Positions 39,963-47,698 of a stretch of 64,000 nucleotides of DNA are shown here, piece by piece (the stretch's first letter is position 1; every line of letters begins with the position of its first letter). The DNA comes from a candidate division Zixibacteria bacterium RBG-1 (lineage in GTDB: Bacteria; Zixibacteria; MSB-5A5; DSPP01; RBG-1). The stretch is from positions 40,825 to 104,824 of the forward strand of contig AUYT01000001.1 in the NCBI GenBank assembly GCA_000447245.1, read 5' to 3'. The notes under the pieces are model-generated. The model was given only the letters and a program-made list of their open reading frames with translations. It made no database searches and had not been told where the DNA came from. A program made the position numbers and the translations under genes.

Positions 39963-41222
39963 TTATTCTCTTAAATCTACGCCAACCGCCTGCTCTAAAT
40001 TGGCAAACGCTTCCTGGTAATCCACTAAAGCTTGATAATATCCCAATTGAATATCTTTTAAAGTCCTCTCGGATTCTAACAAAGTTAAAAAATCTACTTT
40101 TTCGGTTTGATAACTTTGGGTAGCTGCTTGCAAAGATTGCTGGGCTTGAGGCAGGATGCTGTTTTTATATAGTTCAAAGATTCTTTCTTTGGTTTTCAGT
40201 CTGATATAAGCATCTTGCACTTCCAAAGCCACCAGATTGTACGTGTTATTTAAGCTGGCTTGTAGATTTTCTTTTTCTCTTTGTGCCATGCGCAATTCCG
40301 CATTTTCCTTTTGTAAAAACCATAGAGGAACCGAAGCAAACACTTCAAAATCCCACCCTCTAAAGCCAGAAAGAGAGGTAACCCTTCCCAGCTTTACCAT
40401 AAAATCCGGAGCATAATTCCATTTGGCAAAACCCACTTGGGCTTTAGTTTTTTCTAACTGATATTGAACTACTTTGATTTGGGGTCGGTTTTGTTTAGCC
40501 ATTTCCTGCAATTGGGCCAGTTCATATTTTAAACTATCTTTTTTTACTTCTTCTGGTAGATGTAAGGGAGAATTCACTGCTTTATTCATCAGAATATTTA
40601 ACTGAGCCACATTGATGGCTAACCCTTGGTCTGTTTCTAAAAGCTCATTGTTCATCAAACTCAATTCCACTTGGATTTTTAAGACATCCGGCTGGCTGGC
40701 TTTTCCCACCATATACTGGGTCTGGGTTATTTTGGAAAAGTTACTCAAAATCTCCACGTGATGATGAATCACTTCCATAGCTTTTAAGCCAAAATAATAT
40801 TGGTAATAGGCCTTCTTGGCCTGGGTCAAAACTTCCCGCACCTTTTCTCTATATTCTTCTTCAAAAGCATTACTTTCTTTTACCGCCGCTTTTCTCTGTA
40901 ACAGAAGTTTGCTGGGGAAAGGGATATTTTGCTGCACATAATATTTTTTATAGGCACTCTGGCTGAAATCGAAATTGTTGGGGATGTCTTCATACATTAT
41001 CCCTATCATGGGGTCTTCCAAGGCCCAGGAAGTGGACACTGAAGCTTTCTTGGCTTCCCACATTTTTTGGGATGCTAAAATCTCCGGATTTTTACCGGCA
41101 ACTTCACTTAGCACCTCTTTTAAGCTGATGGTTTCGAGATTGGGCTGAGACCAGCCTGGTTTTGAAAGAAGTATGCTTGTGATAGCAAGTTGCAGAAGTA
41201 ATCTGGTTATTGAAAATTTCAT
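39963..41222 (-). CDS. TolC-family outer membrane efflux protein (CusC-like)
   Basis: Signal peptide and two OEP repeats with a coiled-coil heptad-like pattern. First large gene of the cluster. Confidence 0.85.
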   Translation of the reverse strand: MKFSITRLLLQLAITSILLSKPGWSQPNLETISLKEVLSEVAGKNPEILASQKMWEAKKASVSTSWALEDPMIGIMYEDIPNNFDFSQSAYKKYYVQQNIPFPSKLLLQRKAAVKESNAFEEEYREKVREVLTQAKKAYYQYYFGLKAMEVIHHHVEILSNFSKITQTQYMVGKASQPDVLKIQVELSLMNNELLETDQGLAINVAQLNILMNKAVNSPLHLPEEVKKDSLKYELAQLQEMAKQNRPQIKVVQYQLEKTKAQVGFAKWNYAPDFMVKLGRVTSLSGFRGWDFEVFASVPLWFLQKENAELRMAQREKENLQASLNNTYNLVALEVQDAYIRLKTKERIFELYKNSILPQAQQSLQAATQSYQTEKVDFLTLLESERTLKDIQLGYYQALVDYQEAFANLEQAVGVDLRE

Positions 41223-41236
41223 ATTTTTATTGGACT

Positions 41237-41401
41237 TTAATGATTGATTTCATTTACTGCTTCTGAATTATGGTGATGGGTGGTTTCTCCCTGTTTGTCT
41301 TCCATTAAGGAATACAGGATGATGAAAATTACAATTAAAAAAATCCACAAAAGCCCGGCAAAATGCCAGGGGTATTTTTTTAGGATTTGGAGCGCTTTCA
41401 T
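41237..41401 (-). CDS. Possible 54-aa single-TM protein with a His-rich tail
   Basis: Manual translation: MKALQILKKYPWHFAGLLWIFLIVIFIILYSLMEDKQGETTHHHNSEAVNEINH. Ends 15 nt before the TolC-like gene. No clear RBS. Confidence 0.3.
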   Translation of the reverse strand: MKALQILKKYPWHFAGLLWIFLIVIFIILYSLMEDKQGETTHHHNSEAVNEINH

Positions 41402-41598
41402 TTTTAAATAGGTAATGCAAGCTTTATGCCAGCTTTGAATAAATTTTGTCAGGTTGGTATCTGGTTATAGCTTCATCTGTTAGCTAAAGTTGATTTTTTG
41501 AGGAAAATTTCTTTGCTTGATTTTTTGTATGATTTGCTACAGTGGTAGTGCAAATGCTACAGTGGGGGAGTTTTCTCTTCTTTATAAATCGAGTAGGG

Positions 41599-41753
41599 GC
41601 GAAGTTTATCTTCGCTCGAATTTAGGGTGGAGACAAGTTCCACCCCTACGCGGGTGATTTTATCACCACTTTTTTATCCTCCCCTCGAAGGGAGGCGGTC
41701 TTCATAGGCGGAGATTTGATTCCCCGCCGATTCTATGGGTCGGGAAAGGACCC
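41599..41753. repeat. Cluster of six short GC-rich hairpins (REP-like)
   Basis: gcgaag/cttcgc, gggtgga/tccaccc, ggtgat/atcacc(+T6), cctccc/gggagg, ggcgg/ccgcc and gggtc/gaccc, read consecutively in an otherwise AT-rich spacer. Confidence 0.45.
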
Positions 41754-41897
41754 TTCAGGGCGGGGTTATCAATTTGGGGCCAAAAGTCCCAAGATCTATT
41801 AACTTGTAATTTTAGGAAAAGTATCTCAATTTCAGGGAAGTTGTATTTTCATTTGTCTAGAATTCTGCGTATAATGGTTAAGGCAGGAGGAAAGAAA

Positions 41898-42164
41898 ATG
41901 AAAAAAATAATCTTTTTACTTAGTTTTTTAGTTTTAGCCAGTTTGGGAGTAACTACCAAAGCTTTTGCTGTGCATGGATGTAATAGTTCTACTTCTCATA
42001 ATTATGGTCGCTTTTCCCCACCGGTCTCTTATTACTCCTCTAATTATCGTCCTTATTCTTTTGCTTCCCGTAATTATTACTCATTTCCCCGCCAACCTAA
42101 ATTTTTCAGACATCACTTTCGGCATAATTACCAACCGCATTTTCGCAATTACTGTAATTACTAA
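41898..42164 (+). CDS. Small secreted Tyr/Arg/Phe/His/Asn-rich low-complexity protein (88 aa)
   Basis: AGGAGG RBS, signal peptide MKKIIFLLSFLVLASLGVTTKAFA. Mature part is VHGCNSSTSHNYGRFSPPVSYYSSNYRPYSFASRNYYSFPRQPKFFRHHFRHNYQPHFRNYCNY. A strong terminator follows. Confidence 0.6.
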   Translation: MKKIIFLLSFLVLASLGVTTKAFAVHGCNSSTSHNYGRFSPPVSYYSSNYRPYSFASRNYYSFPRQPKFFRHHFRHNYQPHFRNYCNY

Positions 42165-42182
42165 TAAAAAACTTGCTAAAAG

Positions 42183-42212
42183 AGCCCCTTTTAAGGGGCT
42201 TTTTTATTTTTT
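42183..42212 (+). terminator. Rho-independent terminator
   Basis: agcccc / ggggct stem followed by TTTTTATTTTTTT. Confidence 0.8.
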
Positions 42213-42357
42213 TGATGCTTGTGCTAAAAATTGCTTGACTGTGGGGGTTTTTTGAGGTAATTTGAGTATGTCTAATTTGAGTTTAAAGGTCCCTCTCCTC
42301 TTAGGGGAGGTTTACCTCGAGTGTAATCGAGAGGGCAAGGGAGGGGTTAGTGTAGCG

Positions 42358-42396
42358 GTCGGATTCATCCTGAGCCGGTCGAAGGATTTATCCGAC
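42358..42396. repeat. Long imperfect GC-rich hairpin containing the core ATCCTGAGCCGGTCGAAGGA
   Basis: gtcggat..atcct[gagccggtcga]aggat..atccgac. The core matches the copy at 44093-44112 at 17 of 20 positions. Confidence 0.5.
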
Positions 42397-42454
42397 TCTG
42401 TTTTTGATGTGCGATGAATCGCACCGCTACGAAGAGAATTTTAGGGGAGATTTA

Positions 42455-44062
42455 ATGAAGAAAAGCTACTTTTTTATTATTGGCATTGTGTTTCTGCTCA
42501 CATTTTTTAAAATTTCATTTTCTCAAAGTCCGGATTCGATACCGTTTGCACCGGCAATTAATTATCCCACTGGTGCAAATCCCCTGTCAGTATTTGCTTC
42601 CGATTTAGACGAAGACGGTGACAATGATTTGGCATTAGTAAATACATCAAGTAGTTTGGTTTCAATTTATATGAATGATGGGAATGGCACATTCGGACCA
42701 AAAGTCGACTACGGAATAGGAAAAACTCATTTCTCTCTTTTTGTTTCTGACTTGGATGGAGATACTTATGAAGATTTGGCAGTAGCAAATTGGGATAATA
42801 ATGATGTATCTCTTTACAAAAATACTGGTAACGGCACATTTTCACCTCAAAGTAACCTTGGGGCAGGCAATCGTGCTTCCTCAGTTTTCGCTTCAGACCT
42901 AGACGGAGATACAGATAAAGACCTGGCAGTTGCAAATTCTAACGCCAGCACGGTATCAATACTAAAAAACAATGGTGATGGGACTTTTGCTCCAAGCGTG
43001 TCTTATGAAATAGGGGGCTATCCTCTTTCAGTTTTTGCTGCAGATTTAGATGGAGACGGAGACAACGATTTAGCGTTACCAAATGGCGGTACTGCTGTGG
43101 CAGTGTTAATGAACAATGGAGACGGTACTTTTGCCACAAAAGTAGAGTACGGTACTGGAGAGGCACCATTTTCGGTTTTTGTGGCAGATCTAGACGGGGA
43201 TGGCGACCGAGACTTGGCCACAGCAAATGTCAATTATGGTACCGCTTCAGTTCTAAAAAACAATGGGGACGGATCTTTCTTTGGAAGAACCGATTATTTC
43301 ATGGGTGATTTTTGCCGTTGGGTTATTGCTTCGGATTTGGACGGCGATGGGGACCAAGAATTAGTAACTGCAAACCAAGGTAGTGGGACCATTTCAATTC
43401 TGAAGAACAATGGGGCAGGAGTTTTTTTTGCCAAAGTTGATTACTTTGTTGGAAATAGTCCTACTTCAATTTTTGCTTCAGATTTAAATGGCGATGGACA
43501 CCAAGATTTAGCAGTGACCTTATTAAGCGACAGTGTCTCTATACTAATGAATTTATCTTGTCTTCTTGCTCCACAAATAATGTCACTCCAACCGTTACAA
43601 GTGGTAGAAAACGAGAGTTTAATTGTCCCAGTATCTGTTTATGGAAGTTGCCCACAAATTCCTACTCTCTCCGCCCTCACCCTCCCTCCCAACTCCTCCT
43701 TCTTCGACTCCGGCAACGGCTCCGGCTCTTTCACCTTCACCCCGGATTTCACCCAAAGCGGAATCTATAATGTCACCTTCATCGCCTGCGACACAGTCGC
43801 CTGTGACAGCGAAACCGTCCAAATCACCGTCAACTGCGGCGAAACCAAACGAGGCGACCCCAATGGAAACGGACAAATCACTCTGCCCGATATCATCTAC
43901 TTAGTCAACTATGTCTTCAAATACGGACCAGCTCCGGTCCCGGAAAAATGCGACGGGGATGCCAACAACGACACCCAGGTCAACCTGTCCGACATCCTGT
44001 ATTTAGTCAACTACGTCATCAGAGATGGTCCACCTCCCCAGCCGCCAACCTGCTGCTTGTAG
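42455..44062 (+). CDS. Secreted FG-GAP/VCBS-repeat protein with an Ig-like domain and a C-terminal double dockerin-like module
   Basis: Signal peptide MKKSYFFIIGIVFLLTFFKISFSQ. About 7 repeats of the type F.SDLDGDGD.DLAV.N....VS.L.NNGDGTF. C-terminus GDPNGNGQITLPDIIYLVNYVFKYGPAPVPEKCDGDANNDTQVNLSDILYLVNYVIRDGPPPQPPTCCL. Confidence 0.85.
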   Translation: MKKSYFFIIGIVFLLTFFKISFSQSPDSIPFAPAINYPTGANPLSVFASDLDEDGDNDLALVNTSSSLVSIYMNDGNGTFGPKVDYGIGKTHFSLFVSDLDGDTYEDLAVANWDNNDVSLYKNTGNGTFSPQSNLGAGNRASSVFASDLDGDTDKDLAVANSNASTVSILKNNGDGTFAPSVSYEIGGYPLSVFAADLDGDGDNDLALPNGGTAVAVLMNNGDGTFATKVEYGTGEAPFSVFVADLDGDGDRDLATANVNYGTASVLKNNGDGSFFGRTDYFMGDFCRWVIASDLDGDGDQELVTANQGSGTISILKNNGAGVFFAKVDYFVGNSPTSIFASDLNGDGHQDLAVTLLSDSVSILMNLSCLLAPQIMSLQPLQVVENESLIVPVSVYGSCPQIPTLSALTLPPNSSFFDSGNGSGSFTFTPDFTQSGIYNVTFIACDTVACDSETVQITVNCGETKRGDPNGNGQITLPDIIYLVNYVFKYGPAPVPEKCDGDANNDTQVNLSDILYLVNYVIRDGPPPQPPTCCL

Positions 44063-44078
44063 TTCTGCCATCCTGAAC

Positions 44079-44117
44079 CCTTCGCTTCGTTTATCCTGAG
44101 CTTGCCGAAGGACTCAG
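44079..44117. repeat. GC-rich hairpin repeat containing the core ATCCTGAGCTTGCCGAAGGA
   Basis: ccttcg...cgaagg stem. The core is in the same orientation as the copy at 42367-42386. Confidence 0.5.
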
Positions 44118-44155
44118 AATGACAAAAGACATTTTTTTATTCTTACATACCATCA

Positions 44156-44186
44156 ACAAAAAAGCCCCTTTAAACGGGGCTTTTTC
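44156..44186. terminator. Bidirectional rho-independent terminator between convergent genes
   Basis: agcccc / ggggct stem (loop tttaaac), flanked by an A-run upstream and a T-run downstream. Confidence 0.7.
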
Positions 44187-44211
44187 ATTATGAAGGATAA
44201 TCTAAAATTCT

Positions 44212-44832
44212 TTAAGGGCTGCTGAACACATAATTGACCAAGAGCAGTATGTCAGTCAAATCCACTCTGGCGTCTTCGTTCATATCACCCGATAAAAAGA
44301 AGGGAATCGGCTCCGGACCTCCTCTGAAGACGTAGTTGACCACGTAGACAATGTCGATTAAGGTGATTTTCTCATCTCCGTTGGCATCTCCCGGGGTATA
44401 TAATTCATATTCACTGATATCACAGCAGGAGCCGTTGGTTTGAATAGCCAGAGTCACCAGACGCGGCACCACATACAACAGCAGTTTTTTCTTCCAGACC
44501 TTGCCGGTTTGGGTGGTAATCTGAAGCTCCAGCTCGCCTCCTAAGGAATCCGAGCCGGGGGCTATGCCAAAGCTAAACACAGCTGTATCCGACAGGGTTG
44601 GCTGTATATTGCCAAAATCAACAAAGGTTGGTGTAAAATTAACCACCCAGGGGGGAGAACTGATCAAAGCCACGGCCACACCATGTAAGGGCTGGCTACC
44701 GGTATTTTCAATTATCAAAGTGTAGATATTCCCCACCGAGGAATTCTCCACCTCATAAGCCATAAGGGGTGAAAAGGCCGTCAACCACATCCCGCTCAAA
44801 ATTAAAATGATATGTAGTAGTTTTTTCAGCAT
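44212..44832 (-). CDS. Secreted protein: beta-sandwich-like N-domain plus a double dockerin-like module lacking the terminal Cys-Cys
   Basis: Signal peptide; GDANGDEKITLIDIVYVVNYVFRGGPEPIPFFLSGDMNEDARVDLTDILLLVNYVFSSP at the C-terminus. Confidence 0.7.
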   Translation of the reverse strand: MLKKLLHIILILSGMWLTAFSPLMAYEVENSSVGNIYTLIIENTGSQPLHGVAVALISSPPWVVNFTPTFVDFGNIQPTLSDTAVFSFGIAPGSDSLGGELELQITTQTGKVWKKKLLLYVVPRLVTLAIQTNGSCCDISEYELYTPGDANGDEKITLIDIVYVVNYVFRGGPEPIPFFLSGDMNEDARVDLTDILLLVNYVFSSP

Positions 44833-44837
44833 CAGCT

Positions 44838-45752
44838 TTACTGAATTTTAAATTGCTTGATTTTTTCCTGAGTTATTTTCTGCAACCTGGCTGCATCCTG
44901 GGGATTCAGATTCTTTTGAGCTGGAATCTCCTGTAAAGTTTTTTCTAAAATTTCTGTGGCTTTGGCAAACTCCTTTTTTTCTGCATACAGGTCAGCCAAA
45001 TTTTTCTTAACATCCCAGAACAAAGCCAGTTTCCCGAATTTTTCTAAGAATTGAGTATTTATGGCAATGGCTCGGTCTAATTCGCCTTTTTCCTGATAAA
45101 GTTTGGCCAAAAACAAATAGGCTTCCCGATGCGGCCTGATCCAGGCTTGAGTATAAATCGGTAAGGTTCGCTTTTCTTCCAATTTTGTGATTCTGGCTAG
45201 ATCTTCTTCCTCCCATAAGCCCTGGGGATATTTATCAGTCAATTTAGCTATGGTTTCTATGGCTAAATCTAGGTTACTTTGAGAACTGTGGCATTTGGCT
45301 ATCTTCAAGTAAGCCAGATCAGAACTGTAGGTAGGGTACTTTTCATAATACTGGTATAGCTCATTGATAAAAGAAATCTCAACTTCACTGATATAATTTC
45401 TCCACAAGAAACTCTCCTCTAATTTCTTGGCTTGCGGATACTCCGTTACTACTCTCTGATAGTATCCCAGGGCCTCCTCATATTTTCCTAATTTTTCGGC
45501 CGTCTCTCCGGCTTTTAGCAAGGCCTCATCGGCCCAAGAGCTTTGCGGATGGGTTTCAACAAAATGCAAAAGCCGGGAAATTATCACTTCCGGGGAGGTG
45601 TTATAAAAATTCTCGAAAGATTTCATATATTCCTGCACGTCTGATGCTCCGTTTAGTGGGTAATTCAGCTTATCCTTGGCAAACACATCAATCCTCCCAC
45701 CAAATAAACTGCATAATAATATGGCAAATAGAATGACTTTATCTCTTTTCAT
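44838..45752 (-). CDS. Secreted TPR-repeat protein
   Basis: Signal peptide. Repeated A..AL...G.YEEAL.YY..V...YP type TPR units (e.g. WADEALLKAGETAEKLGKYEEALGYYQRVVTEYP). ATGA overlap with the upstream gene. Confidence 0.8.
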   Translation of the reverse strand: MKRDKVILFAILLCSLFGGRIDVFAKDKLNYPLNGASDVQEYMKSFENFYNTSPEVIISRLLHFVETHPQSSWADEALLKAGETAEKLGKYEEALGYYQRVVTEYPQAKKLEESFLWRNYISEVEISFINELYQYYEKYPTYSSDLAYLKIAKCHSSQSNLDLAIETIAKLTDKYPQGLWEEEDLARITKLEEKRTLPIYTQAWIRPHREAYLFLAKLYQEKGELDRAIAINTQFLEKFGKLALFWDVKKNLADLYAEKKEFAKATEILEKTLQEIPAQKNLNPQDAARLQKITQEKIKQFKIQ

Positions 45753-47404
45753 GGCTCCGCATTTCTTAAGCTTTGTTCTAAATATTGATTGGGGTCGGGG
45801 GCTTGTAAATCAAAGGTGCGAATAAAATTACTTCCGGCTCCCTTTTCAATCCAATACACCTCATTGGGTGCTGTGGCTCCATGACAGGCCTGCCAAATAG
45901 ATGGATTCACGGCATCAATCTCAATGGGGAAGAGCTTGAACAGAGAATAAACATACTCCTCCCAAGTCCCGATAAAATGATTGGCAAAAGAGGGGTCGTA
46001 TATTTCCCCGGCAAAATTGCAGAAAACATGGTCCGAAACGATTAGCTGTTGAACCAGGTTGTTAATTCCTTGCACTGAATCCACCCGCAGGCACTCAGTA
46101 TAATTTTCCCAGGGAGAGCCGAATCCCAGGGCTACATGGTGAAACCCCACCCCGTTTATCCCCTGGGAGGCCAGTAAATCGTAGAAGAAGGATGCCCAAT
46201 TCCCACAGGCTCCTCTCTGTTGGTCCAAAAACAAGCCGGTGGTGAAGATTCCCCCCGAATTGGGAAATTGATATTGAACCCCGGTTTGCTCCAAGATACT
46301 TCTTTGGATGTAGTGGTCGGTAAAGGACTTATCGGATAATTGCACCGGGGGTGCCCACTGGCAAGACCACTTCATAATCTGCACATAGGTTTGGTCTGTC
46401 ACTTCCTTCCAGGTGGAGTATAGAATATGGGTGGTGCTTTGCTGTCCAAAGTAACGGTAGATTCTCCCATCCAGATAGTAATACCGAATATTAATAGTAA
46501 AAGCAGTATCTCGGGTAACCAGATTGGGAACAACCGGGGCGAAAGGTGTAAACTCTACATAGTATCCGCTATTGATTTCGACCTTATCCACCGTATACCA
46601 AGGATTTCCCACCAGAATTTGCGGAGAACCGACCGGAATCCTGAATCCTTCACTGTCGCTGGCCATCTTCATTTTTATTTTGATGGCACTTCCTTTCACA
46701 AAAGCTATGGGATAGTTGTAATTATCTTCATCGGTTAGGTTATCATCGTCTCCCATATAAGGGTAATCGTCATGAGGCATAGGCAGAGGTCTGATGGTGT
46801 TGGAGTCGATGTCCAGACTTTTTATTTTCCACTCATAGGCCGGGATCGAATAGTCTGTGGCCGTAAAGGGAGTTTGTCTGTGAAAAATTAAAGGGCTGGA
46901 AGCCGGGGTCAACCCATCTTTAAAGGTGAGCTGGGTCATCCCCACTCTGACCACATAGAACTCCAAAATAGCGCTACAAGAGGCAAAGTCCGCCTTTCTT
47001 TTGGCATAAAGTAAAACCCGGTACTTGCCGGTGGTGGCGAATTGACCGTTTTTTTTCTTTCCGTCCCAGATTTTGATATTGGTCCCGGGGGGCAAGAGCT
47101 CTTTGTCCATAATTTTTTTAATTTCTATGGCATCCATCAGGATTTTCATGGTGACCCAGGATGAATCGGATATGGTATAAATAACCGGAAGCCCGGGTGA
47201 ACCGGTCAGTCTGGGGTCGATGACTTTGTAGCTTTGTTCGGAGAGGTTGATGCAGAATTTGTTGACCAAATCCCCTTTGATTTCAACTTTCTCTTCGATT
47301 CCGGTAGGGACCTGGGCTAAAACGGATATAGTACTCCCCACCACGATTAGAGAAAAAATAATTGATTTGAAAATCAAAGAAGTTTTAACTTTCCTGGTCC
47401 TCAA
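45749..47404 (-). CDS. Secreted protein with a FlgD-Ig-like N-domain and a possible transglutaminase/papain-like C-terminal core
   Basis: IKIWDGKKKNGQFATTGKYRVLLYA resembles FlgD-Ig. GACGNWASFFYDLLASQGI (Cys) and SDHVFCNFAGEIYDPS (His/Asp) resemble a transglutaminase-like triad. TTG start with a GAGG RBS, followed by a signal peptide. Confidence 0.6.
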   Translation of the reverse strand: MRTRKVKTSLIFKSIIFSLIVVGSTISVLAQVPTGIEEKVEIKGDLVNKFCINLSEQSYKVIDPRLTGSPGLPVIYTISDSSWVTMKILMDAIEIKKIMDKELLPPGTNIKIWDGKKKNGQFATTGKYRVLLYAKRKADFASCSAILEFYVVRVGMTQLTFKDGLTPASSPLIFHRQTPFTATDYSIPAYEWKIKSLDIDSNTIRPLPMPHDDYPYMGDDDNLTDEDNYNYPIAFVKGSAIKIKMKMASDSEGFRIPVGSPQILVGNPWYTVDKVEINSGYYVEFTPFAPVVPNLVTRDTAFTINIRYYYLDGRIYRYFGQQSTTHILYSTWKEVTDQTYVQIMKWSCQWAPPVQLSDKSFTDHYIQRSILEQTGVQYQFPNSGGIFTTGLFLDQQRGACGNWASFFYDLLASQGINGVGFHHVALGFGSPWENYTECLRVDSVQGINNLVQQLIVSDHVFCNFAGEIYDPSFANHFIGTWEEYVYSLFKLFPIEIDAVNPSIWQACHGATAPNEVYWIEKGAGSNFIRTFDLQAPDPNQYLEQSLRNAEP

Positions 47405-47636
47405 GTATCCTAACCTCTCTTAACCTTACTCCCCCTCGGTGTTGCTTTGGAAAAGATGTTATTTCCCACTTTATTTTAACATAAAAACGGCGTTTTGTCA
47501 AGCGAAATCTTTGGCAAAGAGCTATTCATAAGGGGGTTAGTTAGCTCTCAAAGTTTAAAAATTCCCGAACCGTCATCATTTTGAGGTCAAAAATTTCTGC
47601 TTTCATCAACTCACTGGCAGTGCACAAATTAGCACA

Positions 47637-47656
47637 ATGTTTCACGTGAAACATTT
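47637..47656. promoter_or_regulatory. Perfect 20-bp palindrome AATGTTTCAC|GTGAAACATT
   Basis: Read directly. Lies in the 295-nt spacer between 47699..48730 and 45749..47404, both on the minus strand. Confidence 0.35.
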
Positions 47657-47698
47657 TAAAGTTTTTTTCTCTCATCTAGAACCTACATTTGCTTACTT

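Noticed and set aside
43558-43904. Three overlapping ORFs in different frames (43558..43770 +, 43623..43904 +, 43619..43876 -), considered as overprinted genes
   Set aside because: They coincide exactly with the C-rich codon-usage segment of the FG-GAP/dockerin gene, and stop-codon depletion from that composition explains them. Their products are Pro/Ser/Gly low-complexity.
41599-44117. CRISPR array interpretation of the GC-rich repeats
   Set aside because: The hairpins differ in sequence, are not regularly spaced by unique spacers, and no cas genes are present.
47541-47675. 44-codon minus-strand ORF (MREKNFKMFHVKHCANLCTASELMKAEIFDLKMMTVREFLNFES) spanning the 20-bp palindrome
   Set aside because: It has no Shine-Dalgarno sequence and no recognisable family. 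The palindrome itself is the more parsimonious feature.
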